Assembly: GCF_029051885.1 (NCBI RefSeq)
Contig: NZ_JAIDKI010000037.1
Span: 2,456-66,455, forward strand
DNA length: 64,000 nt
Reading direction: 5' to 3'
Origin: Muribaculum sp.
Lineage (GTDB): Bacteria; Bacteroidota; Bacteroidia; Bacteroidales; Muribaculaceae
The number at the start of each line of letters is the position of its first letter. Within the stretch, counting starts at the first letter, position 1. Made by a program: the position numbers and the translations under genes. The notes under the pieces are model-generated. The model did not search any database, was not told the DNA's origin, and saw only the letters and a list, made by a program, of their open reading frames with translations. Positions 39,918-50,600 of the stretch are shown here, one piece after another.

Positions 39918-41399
39918 ATGAAATTTGTATCAACGACCCTATGTCGAATCTTAGCAGTCGTAGCCGCCGTGTGTGCCACCGCCCCGGTCCACGGGTCAGA
40001 CTATGGTCAACTACCGTTTGAGATGCAGGAGGTAGCAACCCCGTCGATACCTGCATATACCGTGTCGCTCACCGACTTCGGCGCCACCGGCGACGGACAC
40101 CACGACAATACCGAGGCATTCCGCAAGGCTTTCGACCATCTGAAGGAGAATGGTGGCGGACATCTGAACGTGCCCGCCGGCATATGGCTCACCGGCCCGA
40201 TTGCGCTGGAAAGCAACACCGACCTCCATCTCGAACATGGCTCCATACTGCTGTTTTCCGACAACCGCGCCGATTATCCTCTGTTTCGCTGGGATGTGAT
40301 TGACAATCCGGCGAGGGAATGCGTGTCGCCAATCAGCGCTTTCGACAAGCACGACATATCGATTACCGGCCACGGCACCATCAACGGGCGCGGAGAGATA
40401 TGGCGTCCGGTAAAGAAAATGAAACTCACCGATAACCAGTGGAAAAAACTGTGCCGCGAGGGCTCCCTGTCGGACGACGGCCGCATATGGTATCCGTCGG
40501 AGAGCATAAAGGAGTGCAGCCACGAAAAAATCGGAGCTGCCGCCCCCGACGACGATACGGCATGGGAGAGCGTCAGGGAATTTCTACGTCCGGTAATGGT
40601 GCTCCCGGTGAGATGCGAGCGTGTACTGTTTGAGGGTGTGACATTCGAGAACTCTCCGCGCTGGAATGTGCGTCCGCTGCTCTGCCGCGACGTGACGCTG
40701 CGCAACGTAAGCATCCGCAATCCGGCATACGCCCAGAACGGCGACGGCCTTGATATAGAATCGTGCAGCAACGTGCATGTCACCGGATGTACTTTCGACG
40801 TCGGCGACGATGCCATATGCCTCAAGTCGGGCAAGGATGAGGCCGGACGCAGGAGAGGTGTGCCGACATCAAATGTACTGATAGAAGACTGTAAGGTATA
40901 CAGCGGCCATGGCGGATTTGTCGTCGGGTCGGAGATGTCGGGAGGCGTATATGACGTGGCCGTGCGCAACTGTCTGTTTATCGGCACCGACACGGGTATA
41001 AAATTCAAGTCGACACGCGGTCGCGGAGGCGCCGTAAGGGATATCCATATCTCGGGAATAAAAATGGTCGACATAGCAGGCGACGCTATCACAGCCGACA
41101 TGTACTACGCCCAGAAGTCGCCGGGGAAGCATGCCGAGCCCGTCGGCGAGTCGACTCCGGTAATCGACGGTATATCAATATCCGGAATATCGTGTACAGG
41201 CGCTGCAAGAGCCTTATGGCTCAACGGGCTGCCGGAGATGCCGATACGCAATGTCGTACTGTCCAACTCGATAATATCGTCAGAATCAGGCGCTATAATC
41301 AACAATGCCGACTCTGTCACGCTCAACAACGTGACCATAAACCACTCTACCGGCTCGCGCGTGACCGCTACCAACACCGTCAACCTTACGGAGCTCTGA
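39918..41399 (+). CDS. Glycoside hydrolase family 28 (polygalacturonase / rhamnogalacturonase-type)
   Basis: 493 aa with signal peptide. GH28 motifs NSPRWNV, NGDGLDIE, DVGDDAICLKSG, GHGGFVVGSE, IKFKSTRGRGG. N-terminal DFGATGDGHHDNTEAF. Confidence 0.95.
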   Translation: MKFVSTTLCRILAVVAAVCATAPVHGSDYGQLPFEMQEVATPSIPAYTVSLTDFGATGDGHHDNTEAFRKAFDHLKENGGGHLNVPAGIWLTGPIALESNTDLHLEHGSILLFSDNRADYPLFRWDVIDNPARECVSPISAFDKHDISITGHGTINGRGEIWRPVKKMKLTDNQWKKLCREGSLSDDGRIWYPSESIKECSHEKIGAAAPDDDTAWESVREFLRPVMVLPVRCERVLFEGVTFENSPRWNVRPLLCRDVTLRNVSIRNPAYAQNGDGLDIESCSNVHVTGCTFDVGDDAICLKSGKDEAGRRRGVPTSNVLIEDCKVYSGHGGFVVGSEMSGGVYDVAVRNCLFIGTDTGIKFKSTRGRGGAVRDIHISGIKMVDIAGDAITADMYYAQKSPGKHAEPVGESTPVIDGISISGISCTGAARALWLNGLPEMPIRNVVLSNSIISSESGAIINNADSVTLNNVTINHSTGSRVTATNTVNLTEL

Positions 41400-41444
41400 C
41401 CGGCTCCGTAGCCAACCGGCATTGTCAAGAACAAAGACAACAAC

Positions 41445-41483
41445 AAAAACCACCATTCCGTTAACTCCGGAATGGTGGTTTTT
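41445..41483. terminator. Bidirectional rho-independent terminator between the convergent GH28 and MFS genes
   Basis: A5-CCACCATTCCG (41450-41460) / CGGAATGGTGG (41468-41478)-T5. Perfect 11-bp stem flanked by an A-run and a T-run. Confidence 0.9.
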
Positions 41484-41533
41484 GCAAACCTGACAATCTG
41501 AAATTGCAGAATGTGGGGTATGTGGGTGTGGCA

Positions 41534-42925
41534 TCAGGCGTCGTCGTCGCGACGGGCGTTCCACACGAGGAGGGTGAGGAGAACCGATATTGCTGCGGCT
41601 CCAATCCAGAACCAGTTGACGTAGGTGAAGTCGTAGATGTCGGCGCCAGTAGCGGCATCGACGGTCTTGTGTCCTTCAATCAGTATGCCATTCATCACAT
41701 CCTGGAGTCCGGCACCTATGTAGCTGGCGATACCTACCACACCCAGGGCCGCGCCGGCAGCTGCCCGTGGGGCGATATCAACGGCCATAAGGCCTCCGAG
41801 AAAGCAGATGAGCACACCGATACCGAGGCCGAAGAGCACCATCGCTGTCGCATCAAGCCAGAAATGTTCGCCAGGCACAAGAAGGAAGAGACAAAGGGCC
41901 GTAACGTTCATAAGTCCGAACACAAGCGCGGGCACATTGCGGGAACCGTTGAAGAGGCGGTCGGAGATAAGGCCCGAGGCTACGGTTCCGACAATGCCGC
42001 ATACGGAGCTTATCGAGATAATCAGCGATGCGTCAAGAGTGCTGTAACCCTTCTGTGCCTCAAGATAGAACACTCCCCAGGAGTTGACAGCATAGCGCGA
42101 GATGTACATGAACGCCGAGGCAAGAGCAAGACACCATATGGCAGGATTGCGCAGAACGGCCTTTTGGGCGCGGTTGAAGTCGGGATTGGCTTCATCTCCT
42201 TTATCTTTTGCCGATGCTTTCACGGGTTCAGGGCTCGGGAATCCAAGGCTCTGAGGAGTGTCGCGCATGAAGATGAGCACGACTGCAAGGCCGCACAGAC
42301 CGATTACACCCGCGCCAAGCATTCCATAGCGCCAGCCGGCCCAGCTGACGAGCATGGCTATGGTGATAAAGGTGATGGCCTCGCCAAGGTTGTGCGATGC
42401 CGACCAGAAGCCGTAGTAGGTGCCTCGGTCCTTTGATGTGTACCATCGGTTGAGCGACACCACACATGCCGGGGCCCCCATCGACTGGAACCATCCGTTC
42501 ATGCCCCAGAGCAGGGCGAACACCCAGAACATCTCGGTCATGCCGAGAACGAGGTTGACGATGGCAGTGAGCAGCAGGCCTGTGGCAAGAAACCGTCTGG
42601 CATTGCATCGGTCGGCAAGGAATCCGTTGGCCATCTTGCCTACGGCGTAGACAAAGAAGAGGCATGAGCCGATGATGCCGAGCTGAGTCTCGGAAAACAC
42701 GCCATCGTCGACAATCGGCTTGCGCACGATATTCATAGACAACCGGCACACATAGTAAATCGCGTAGCCAAGCGTCGCAGAGATAAACGTGGCCATGCGC
42801 ACGCGACGGAATCTCTCGCGGTCATTATCGACCTCACCGGCCGGAGCCGATATACGGTAGAAACCGGCCAAACGGCTCCACAGCGAACGACCGGCAAACG
42901 AAGTCATTGAATCTGTAACTTCCAT
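41534..42925 (-). CDS. MFS transporter, organophosphate:phosphate antiporter family (UhpC/GlpT-like; candidate glycerol-3-phosphate importer)
   Basis: 463 aa with about 12 TM helices. OPA-family-like N-terminal region CRLSMNIVRKPIVDDGVFSETQLGIIGSCLFFVYAVGKMANGFLADRCNARRF. Starts 9 nt downstream of the GDPD gene on the same strand. Confidence 0.8.
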   Translation of the reverse strand: MEVTDSMTSFAGRSLWSRLAGFYRISAPAGEVDNDRERFRRVRMATFISATLGYAIYYVCRLSMNIVRKPIVDDGVFSETQLGIIGSCLFFVYAVGKMANGFLADRCNARRFLATGLLLTAIVNLVLGMTEMFWVFALLWGMNGWFQSMGAPACVVSLNRWYTSKDRGTYYGFWSASHNLGEAITFITIAMLVSWAGWRYGMLGAGVIGLCGLAVVLIFMRDTPQSLGFPSPEPVKASAKDKGDEANPDFNRAQKAVLRNPAIWCLALASAFMYISRYAVNSWGVFYLEAQKGYSTLDASLIISISSVCGIVGTVASGLISDRLFNGSRNVPALVFGLMNVTALCLFLLVPGEHFWLDATAMVLFGLGIGVLICFLGGLMAVDIAPRAAAGAALGVVGIASYIGAGLQDVMNGILIEGHKTVDAATGADIYDFTYVNWFWIGAAAISVLLTLLVWNARRDDDA

Positions 42926-42934
42926 ATTCTTATA

Positions 42935-43882
42935 TTAATCGTGGCGGCCGATTGACTTGAGGTAACTGATAAGCAAATCAGGACGGTCAGTCTGTATAAT
43001 GGATGCTCCGAGGTCAAGTACCTTTTTATAGCATTCGGCGCCGTTGTCATATGCGTAGTCGTCGTACATTCCTTCTTCGACGCCGCCACAGAGCGAAGGC
43101 CAGAGAGTATTAACCCAAATTTTTGAATTTTGTTTTTTGATATCAGCAAGACACGAGTCGAGTTCAGCTCCGGGTTTCTGCCAGCATACCTCATAGGCAA
43201 GAGGCACAGTGCCGCTCTCTATGTATTCGGCAAACAAAGCCTGCCCTTTGGGTTTATTGATATCGATTATAGGCATGTACATCATCTTTTCAGGATATGC
43301 ACCCATTATGCTGTCGACATACGCCATAGGTTTCTTACCCTTTATAAGCATCTGATCTGTCACACCAAGCGAATCGGTAATTTTCATCACGAGATCATAA
43401 TACTGGAATCCCTGGTCGATATTGACCACGATACGATCCTTGCATACCTCGAGAGCTTCGCGAAGAGTCGGCATACGATGGGTAGATGTGGCTACATTAT
43501 GGGCAGTTTTCAGAAAACATGACGCAATGGAATCACCGGTGATTTCCGACACACGGCCCTTGCCGGTTGTGGTACGGTCAATCGTATGGTCGTGGCAAAG
43601 CACAAGCACGCTGTCGGAAGTGAGCTTGAGGTCGAGTTCCATCACATCCACACCCATGCGTATCACCGACTCTATGGCAGCAATTGAATTCTCGGGATAA
43701 TTGCGCCAGTCACCACGATGTGACACTACGACAACATAATCTGTCGATGGATCATTGAGAGCCGCAATCACACGTTCTGCCCGGTTGGCATATTCCTTAA
43801 CCGGGTCATTGGATTTGCCGGCCGAACATGAGGCCATCAAGAAGGCCATAAGTCCGGCGAAAATAAAATTATAAAGTTTCAT
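42935..43882 (-). CDS. Glycerophosphodiester phosphodiesterase (GDPD family) lipoprotein
   Basis: Track start 43888 is TTG, so the start was moved to ATG 43882 (MKLYNFIFAGLMAFLMASCSAG, a lipoprotein box). GDPD motifs VVVSHRGDWRNYPENSIAAIES and MELDLKLTSDSVLVLCHDHTIDRTTTGKG. Confidence 0.9.
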   Translation of the reverse strand: MKLYNFIFAGLMAFLMASCSAGKSNDPVKEYANRAERVIAALNDPSTDYVVVVSHRGDWRNYPENSIAAIESVIRMGVDVMELDLKLTSDSVLVLCHDHTIDRTTTGKGRVSEITGDSIASCFLKTAHNVATSTHRMPTLREALEVCKDRIVVNIDQGFQYYDLVMKITDSLGVTDQMLIKGKKPMAYVDSIMGAYPEKMMYMPIIDINKPKGQALFAEYIESGTVPLAYEVCWQKPGAELDSCLADIKKQNSKIWVNTLWPSLCGGVEEGMYDDYAYDNGAECYKKVLDLGASIIQTDRPDLLISYLKSIGRHD

Positions 43883-43910
43883 AATCAAGTAGTTGAAGCT
43901 ATTTGTTTTA

Positions 43911-44013
43911 AGTAACTATTCTAAATTATTTTACATCAACCGGTCTTATTATTTAGATGTTTCTTCTAAAAATTTCACTCGAATAAACATTAAAATAATT
44001 TCGACCAGTTACT
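43911..44013 (-). repeat. MITE-like palindromic element, short copy (103 bp), inverted relative to the copy at 17415-17595, flanked by TA/TA
   Basis: The reverse complement aligns to 17414-17596. 53/53 nt are identical in one arm and 46/52 in the other. The central 78 nt of the long copy are missing, with the deletion bounded by GAAGA direct repeats. TA flanks at 43909-43910 and 44014-44015. The stop codon of the upstream GDPD gene (44013-44015, minus strand TAA) is formed by the last element base plus the TA flank. Confidence 0.85.
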
Positions 44014-44900
44014 TATTGTAAATTACTTTTCAGATAATTTATAAGCAGAGACGGATGATCAGTAAAAATCATATCTGCACCCATATCTATCAGCCATCCG
44101 TAGGCCTCCGAAGGATTTTCATATGCACGCTCGTCATCATGACCGCCATTAAACGTATCCCACAATGAGTTGAGCCATACATGGTATCCCTTATCGCGAG
44201 TCTCCTTAATACGTCGTAACACAGGATAATCGGTGTGACGGAACGAAAAACTGATGACCGGAGTATCAAAATTTTCAAGGAAATCATCAAGGCGCTCATC
44301 ATCGCCATCTCCTTTGCATACCAATACCGGTATATAAATCACATCCTCAGGCAATGCTCCGATGTCTCTATTAATTTTACTGCTGCTCCATGAGCTGCGC
44401 AATATAATATGGTCGAGACATCCGGCCTCAGAAGCCTCCTTAAGCAGAATATCCTTAAGCGACGGCCATTTGTCGACCTGAACGAGCAAACGCCCTCTAC
44501 AAAGAGCCAAAGCCTCCTTAAAAGTAGGGATCTTCTGGCGCGTAACCACGCCAATGGGAGAAAGAAGGTTAAACTCTTTCAACTGTGCAAGCGTATAGTC
44601 CGACACGCGGCCGCTACCGGTTGTAGTGCGGTCGATTGTATCATCGTGCATGAGCACAAGGACACTGTCGCGAGTCATGGCGATGTCCAGCTCGACAATA
44701 TCCACACCCATGTCGATACAGCTCCTTATAGCACGCAGGGAATTCTCGGTACCACTACGCCAGTCTCCCCTGTGGGCTATTACAACAGGCCTGTTAAACG
44801 GCGACTGCGAATAAATAGCCTCCCGCAGAGAATCGACACGTGTAGCAGCACAAACAGAGACCGCCACAAGCAGCATACCAATTACAGAAAGTAATCTCAT
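44013..44900 (-). CDS. Glycerophosphodiester phosphodiesterase (GDPD family), secreted/periplasmic paralogue
   Basis: 295 aa with signal peptide MRLLSVIGMLLVAVSVCAA. Motifs VVIAHRGDWRSGTENSLRAIRS and VELDIAMTRDSVLVLMHDDTIDRTTTGSG. Its start overlaps the stop of the EEP gene (ATGA at 44897-44900). Confidence 0.9.
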   Translation of the reverse strand: MRLLSVIGMLLVAVSVCAATRVDSLREAIYSQSPFNRPVVIAHRGDWRSGTENSLRAIRSCIDMGVDIVELDIAMTRDSVLVLMHDDTIDRTTTGSGRVSDYTLAQLKEFNLLSPIGVVTRQKIPTFKEALALCRGRLLVQVDKWPSLKDILLKEASEAGCLDHIILRSSWSSSKINRDIGALPEDVIYIPVLVCKGDGDDERLDDFLENFDTPVISFSFRHTDYPVLRRIKETRDKGYHVWLNSLWDTFNGGHDDERAYENPSEAYGWLIDMGADMIFTDHPSLLINYLKSNLQ

Positions 44901-45904
44901 TTTTGCTGAATATTAAAGTCAATAAGTATGGGGTAATGGTCGGAGGGATGGAAAAAACGAGATACTGCCGCATCACGCACAGGTGTCGTATAACTATCAC
45001 GTATCACTTTTACGTCAGAAATACAGTTGTACATCGCAGGCGTACAATAAACGTAGTCGATGCGTGCATCACGCCATATAGTGGGCACGAGTTCCATCGG
45101 ATATTTCTTGGATACGACGTCGATATACGGAGTATACTCCAGCACATAATCATGGCATAAAAATGCAGAAGTATCAGCCGGCATGCCATAAAAGCGATTG
45201 TCAAGACGCGACAGGGAATTGAAATCACCCATCATCATCCATAACTGACGATCAGCACCAGCAACACTCTCTATAGTATTGCGACAGATATACTCTATCT
45301 CCTTACGTCGATACCTGTCGCCACCATTAGCAACGGCATCATCTTTCTGTTGAGACTTATCGACGCCAAATCCATACTTCTGAGGCCAAGTATGCACCGT
45401 TACAATATTTATTGTATCGTCTCCAACAACTATCCTTGCCCAACCGGCACCATGGCTCACAATGCTGTCAGGCTCCGTTCCGACAATCCTCTTTACATTT
45501 TCAATAGGATAGCGCGAAGTCACCACCTGTGGAAAACGGTCATGATGTCCTCCTTTATACCAATAAGTGTGTCCATATTTCCGTGCAAAATCCGCCCATG
45601 CGTCAGGGAAATAACGCTCAGCATCATCGGCATATTTCTCAGAAGAAGCGGTAAGATAGTTGGACTGCGCCTCAGCCCATACACATACATCGGGATGCTG
45701 CCCGGCAACAAATTCAACGAACTCCCTGTAATCGTTCTCCTGTCCCGACCACATACCATTTTGAATATTCCAGTAAAGCAAGCGCAAATTGTTGTCAGAT
45801 GCGCCGTTACTATCGACATCACCACCTTCCGCAGAAGAGGCTATGCATACCGCCGGGACAAGGTATATCCCGGCGGCAAGCAGAACACAATTTAGTTTGT
45901 CCAT
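44897..45904 (-). CDS. Endonuclease/exonuclease/phosphatase (EEP) family hydrolase, secreted
   Basis: Track start 45916 is TTG, so the start was moved to ATG 45904 (MDKLNCVLLAAGIYLVPAVCIASS). EEP motifs LLYWNIQNG, MMGDFNS, RIDYVY, HPSDHYPILIDF. Confidence 0.85.
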   Translation of the reverse strand: MDKLNCVLLAAGIYLVPAVCIASSAEGGDVDSNGASDNNLRLLYWNIQNGMWSGQENDYREFVEFVAGQHPDVCVWAEAQSNYLTASSEKYADDAERYFPDAWADFARKYGHTYWYKGGHHDRFPQVVTSRYPIENVKRIVGTEPDSIVSHGAGWARIVVGDDTINIVTVHTWPQKYGFGVDKSQQKDDAVANGGDRYRRKEIEYICRNTIESVAGADRQLWMMMGDFNSLSRLDNRFYGMPADTSAFLCHDYVLEYTPYIDVVSKKYPMELVPTIWRDARIDYVYCTPAMYNCISDVKVIRDSYTTPVRDAAVSRFFHPSDHYPILIDFNIQQK

Positions 45905-45912
45905 AACCGAAA

Positions 45913-47637
45913 TCAATCAAAATTGGTAGTGTCGGTCCAACCCGGATTTTGGGAAAGGGCACCTCCGGAGAGCACACGCTCGCTGGCCGGAATCGGCCAC
46001 AGATAGTCGCGCTCCTCATTCCATTCAATGGTAAGATTGGGTAAAGCATGAATCATGCCTACAGAACCGTCCGTAAGAGTTATATCTTTGCCAATCTGCT
46101 TGTAATTGCCTTTCCATGAGGTCGGTTTAGCTGACGATGATACAAGAAGGTCTGCATTACCGTCACCATCCATGTCGTACTCTCCTTCACCCGGGAAATA
46201 TACCCCATAGAACGGACGTGTAAGCTGGGCACCTTCCTTCCAGCGAAGGATATCCCAAATACGGAATCCTTCAAGACAGAGCTCAATCGTTCGCTCCCTA
46301 CGGATTTCGAGAATCACGCCCGTATTGGCGCTTTGGGTCACATTGGGATAATAGTCAACCATCAGAGGATCAATATTGGAATTGGCATCTGCCATTGACA
46401 GATGTGGCATACCTACGCGGTCGCGCAGTTTATTGACAGAACGGTCGAGGTCGGCTTGTGTAAGTGAGCCAAGCTCAGCTTTTGCTTCCGCGAAATTAAG
46501 ATAAACCTCAGCCGCACGGAAAAGAGGCAAATCAGAGAACGCTTTCTTCGATCCATCATAATTTGCATTACCGACATACTTAATAGGCTGATAACCGGTA
46601 AGAGATGTCAAGTCGTTGGCTGTAACCTTGGATGCACCGACCTGAATATATCCGGGACAAAGTACAGTCTGCGAAAGACGCGGGTCACGTCCGGCAACCT
46701 CATCAGCAAACAACTTGCGGTCATAATCAGCGACAGATGAATAGAATGAGCCATCGGCCATAAGATAATGGTTCATGAAGCGACGTGTGAATCCCTGTCT
46801 GTCATTCTTTATATTAAAAGGTATGGAATGCATCACATTGGCTTTATTGCCATATTTTCTGGCAAGCACTACCTCGGTAGTCGTAGCGTCGATTGCATTG
46901 AAAAGATTACGATATGGTTCCGAACCGGTGTTCTGGATAGTGTAGCCACTCTTTGATATAAATTCATCGGCGGCATCAACGGCAGCCTTAAGATACTTCT
47001 CTGCCTCGGGTAGCCCGCGATACTTGCGCCAAGTACCTTCAAACAGCGCTACACGGCTTTTAAATGCCAGAGCCGTCCACTTGGTCACTTTAACGAGGTC
47101 ACGGTTTTTGCTACCGAGACGATATGCCTCATCAAGGTCCTCAAGCACACGGTCGATGACATAGCCGCGGTCGTCGCGCTTCTTGCGAAGCAACTCAGTA
47201 TCATTATCATTAAGAACCTTGTCATAATACGGCACATCACCAAATCGGCGTACTTTCGCAAAATAGAAGTAAGCTCTGAAGAAATAGCTTTCGGCATCGT
47301 AAGGCGCGCTGACACTTTCATCACATGCTTTGTGCTCAAAATAGTAGTTGATTCTACGCAGATCGCCCCAGCTCCATCCTGATGAAGAGGCGGCTGTACG
47401 CTGGCCCATCATAAGCTCACCCAATGCGTTGTCAACATTGTCATCGGCATTAGTGGCAACAATACCGTCGCCGTCAAGCATATCATAGTAGCCCTGCGTC
47501 CATAGTCCGAGCTGTGTGGCAGTCTTAAAGTATGTATCCGGACTCATGGTATCCTCCGGCTCCTGAGTGAGATCGCATGACACAAACATCAACGCCGCGG
47601 CACATACCGACATAATATTATATCTGGAAAATTTCAT
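45913..47637 (-). CDS. SusD/RagB-family outer-membrane lipoprotein
   Basis: 574 aa with lipoprotein box LMFVSCDL. Starts 23 nt downstream of SusC. SusD-like segments FFRAYFYFAKVRRFGDVPY and RRERTIELCLEGFRIWDILRW. Confidence 0.9.
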   Translation of the reverse strand: MKFSRYNIMSVCAAALMFVSCDLTQEPEDTMSPDTYFKTATQLGLWTQGYYDMLDGDGIVATNADDNVDNALGELMMGQRTAASSSGWSWGDLRRINYYFEHKACDESVSAPYDAESYFFRAYFYFAKVRRFGDVPYYDKVLNDNDTELLRKKRDDRGYVIDRVLEDLDEAYRLGSKNRDLVKVTKWTALAFKSRVALFEGTWRKYRGLPEAEKYLKAAVDAADEFISKSGYTIQNTGSEPYRNLFNAIDATTTEVVLARKYGNKANVMHSIPFNIKNDRQGFTRRFMNHYLMADGSFYSSVADYDRKLFADEVAGRDPRLSQTVLCPGYIQVGASKVTANDLTSLTGYQPIKYVGNANYDGSKKAFSDLPLFRAAEVYLNFAEAKAELGSLTQADLDRSVNKLRDRVGMPHLSMADANSNIDPLMVDYYPNVTQSANTGVILEIRRERTIELCLEGFRIWDILRWKEGAQLTRPFYGVYFPGEGEYDMDGDGNADLLVSSSAKPTSWKGNYKQIGKDITLTDGSVGMIHALPNLTIEWNEERDYLWPIPASERVLSGGALSQNPGWTDTTNFD

Positions 47638-47660
47638 TGCTCTATAATGTGTGATAATGA

Positions 47661-50600
47661 TTAAAATTTAACATCGACTCCAAATGAGAACGATTTTGAG
47701 AAACCATAACCGGTGCCTGAGTTTGACTTATAAGTCCCGGTAGATGTCGCCATTTCAGGATCAACAGTCTTTGTATGTTTCTTAAGGGGAGACCAGTAGG
47801 CCAGATTCTCACCGGTAAAGTATACCCTCACGGAATTAATCCAGCTATTCTTCTTTATCGGCAATGTATATCCTACGGTAAGATTTTTAAGACGCAGATA
47901 AGCTGCATTCTGGAGATAACGGTCAGTCGCTACAGAAAGCGAGCCTCCATCATAGGTCTGGTATCCGCGCTGGCGAGGGAAGTAACCGTCGGGATTGTCC
48001 TCACTCCAGCACATTGACAGAAAGTCTTTATGTATAAATGACAACGACGGAAAGTCATACGGTCCCCAGAAATCATACGAATTCTGCACCGGCATCCAGT
48101 CGCATTTTCCTACTCCCTGGAAGAAAGCCGACACATCAAATCCGACATAATTCACGTCAAGGCGGAAAGAATAATTGTATCGCGGAATGCTATTGCCTAT
48201 TATACGTTTATCGCCCGAGTTTCCGACAACGCCTGAACCTTCATCGATTTTACCGTTACCATCCAAATCAATGAATTTTACATCACCGGCACGAAGTTTA
48301 TTGTCGCCCGCAGTCTTGGCATTGTATACTCGCTGATTCACAGCCTTGTCATTGATTCTCGCCTGATATTCAGCAGCTTCTTCATCGGAAGCAAACAGAC
48401 CATCTACTTTGTATCCCCATATCTCGCCGAGAGTCATCCCTTCATAGTAATCGGATATGAGCTTGTCAGGATTGTTGAATTTTGTAATCTTCGACTTATA
48501 ATCGCCGAACGTAGCAGATATACTGTAATTGAGTCTATGTCCAAAAAGGCGTAAATTGTCATTCCACCTCAGATATAATTCCCATCCGCGTGTGCGTAAA
48601 TCAGCACAGTTCTGTTTTGGTGTGGTAGCGCCGAATACCGACGGCAGAGTCACCGAGTGGGTAAGCATATCCTTGGTGTCACGTACAAAGATGTCGGCAG
48701 TTGCAGTAAGTCGATTGTTCAGAAATCCGAAATCAAGACCAAGATTGTAGGTGATAACCTTTTCCCAAGTCAGATTTGATGACAACGGAGATGAAACTGT
48801 AGCGTATGTGGCACGTTGTTCGCCGTCGAAAGTATAGTCTGTAAGAATCTTGTCGGTATAGATTTTATCAAAATAAGCATAGTTGCTTACCTGCTGGTTT
48901 CCGAGAGAACCATATGACACGCGGAGCTTGGAGTTGTTCCACCATCCTTGCATACCGTCCCAGAATTTCTCCTGACTCATACGCCAGCCTGCTGAGGCAG
49001 ACGGGAAAAATCCCCATCGGCTGCCGGGAGCAAAGCGAGAAGAACCGTCATAACGGCCGCTGACTTCCAGCAGATACTTTCCATCGTAGTCATAATTAAG
49101 GCGTGCAAAATAACCCAAAGTCTTGTAAGCAGAGATTTCCTCGGTAACGGTAGCCACGCCGTTGGCCACACTCATTGAACTGAGATCATCGGATAGAAGG
49201 TCAGTCTTTTTAACGCTAAGCTCTGTGTTGCGCTGGTGTTCATACTGCATACCGGCCACGGCCTTGAAGTTGTGCATGCGCTCCCATGTATGGGAATATG
49301 TACCGAACAGATTGAAAGAGTGGCGGTTGATGTCTGACTTTATTTCCTGATAGAAATCTTCCACTGTTCCGGATGTGAATTTTTTCACACTGCCGCTCTT
49401 GTCAAGATAATTAAAAGGTACGCCCCTGCGCTCGATACCGCGGTTGCGATAGCGGTAGGCATATGATGCCGTGATGACAAGATCCTTATATATGTCGATA
49501 TCAAACTGATTGGTAAGTACAAAATCCTTGTTTCCACGAGAATTGCGCGACCGATTATCCGTAAGATAACCTGCATGACCGGCTCCAAGTGGAGAGTTGG
49601 CGCCTGTCATTGTATTTACATACTGTATTGTCTGTCCGTCGGGAGACAGAGGCATTACCGCAGAGTTTATATTGCTCTGGAGAGCATGTATGGTCTGCTG
49701 TTCGTTCCAGTAGCCGGCATATTTGTAGTTGGTATAATTGAAGTTGGCACCACCAGAATAGCGAAGGAAGGGGAAAATCTCGGCATTCAGCTTCATTCGG
49801 AAGGAGTAGTTGGTATACTTGTCGTTGTATATCTTGAATATACCGTCCTGCTGAAGAAAGCGGCCCGATACGTAATAGTTGGTCTTGGCATTACCTCCGG
49901 TAATTGACACGTTGTGCTCCTGTTCAGGACGTGTATCACGATAGAAATAGTCGTACCAATCGTGGTTGGCATAGAAATAGAGTTTGCCATCACGCTCTAC
50001 AGTCCAGGGACGATCGGGATTCTCGGTCTTGTCGTAGCGACGTGCCTCGAGCATCTCAAGATCTTCACCTGTATAACCCCACATATCCTTGCCCTGAGCT
50101 ATGCGATAGAACTTATTGACGATAGTCACATGGTCGTAGCCGGTGGTAATGAAGTCAGTGGATGTAGTATTCTTGCGCCATCCAAATCGGCCATTATAAC
50201 TGACATTTACCCTTCCGTCGGAATCCCTGCCAGACTTTGTAGTTATAAGAATCACGCCGGAAGATGCTTTTGCACCGTAGATCGCAGCGGCTGAGGCGTC
50301 CTTAAGCACTGAAATCGATTCTATATCGTTTGGGTTGATTTGGCCGAGACTTACCTCCATACCATCGCAAAGCACAAGAGGAGAGCCACCGTTGATAGAT
50401 GCGGCACCACGTATATCAATAGAATATCCGGCATCCATCGACCCGGAGTTAAATGTCAGATTGACCGATGGATCAGCACCCTGAAGGGCATTGGCAGCAC
50501 TTGCAACAGGGCGGTTGTTTATGTCATCCGCACTGATTGTAGCGACAGCACCCGTAAGATTGGCACGCTTCTGAGTGCCGTAACCCACGACAACCACCTC

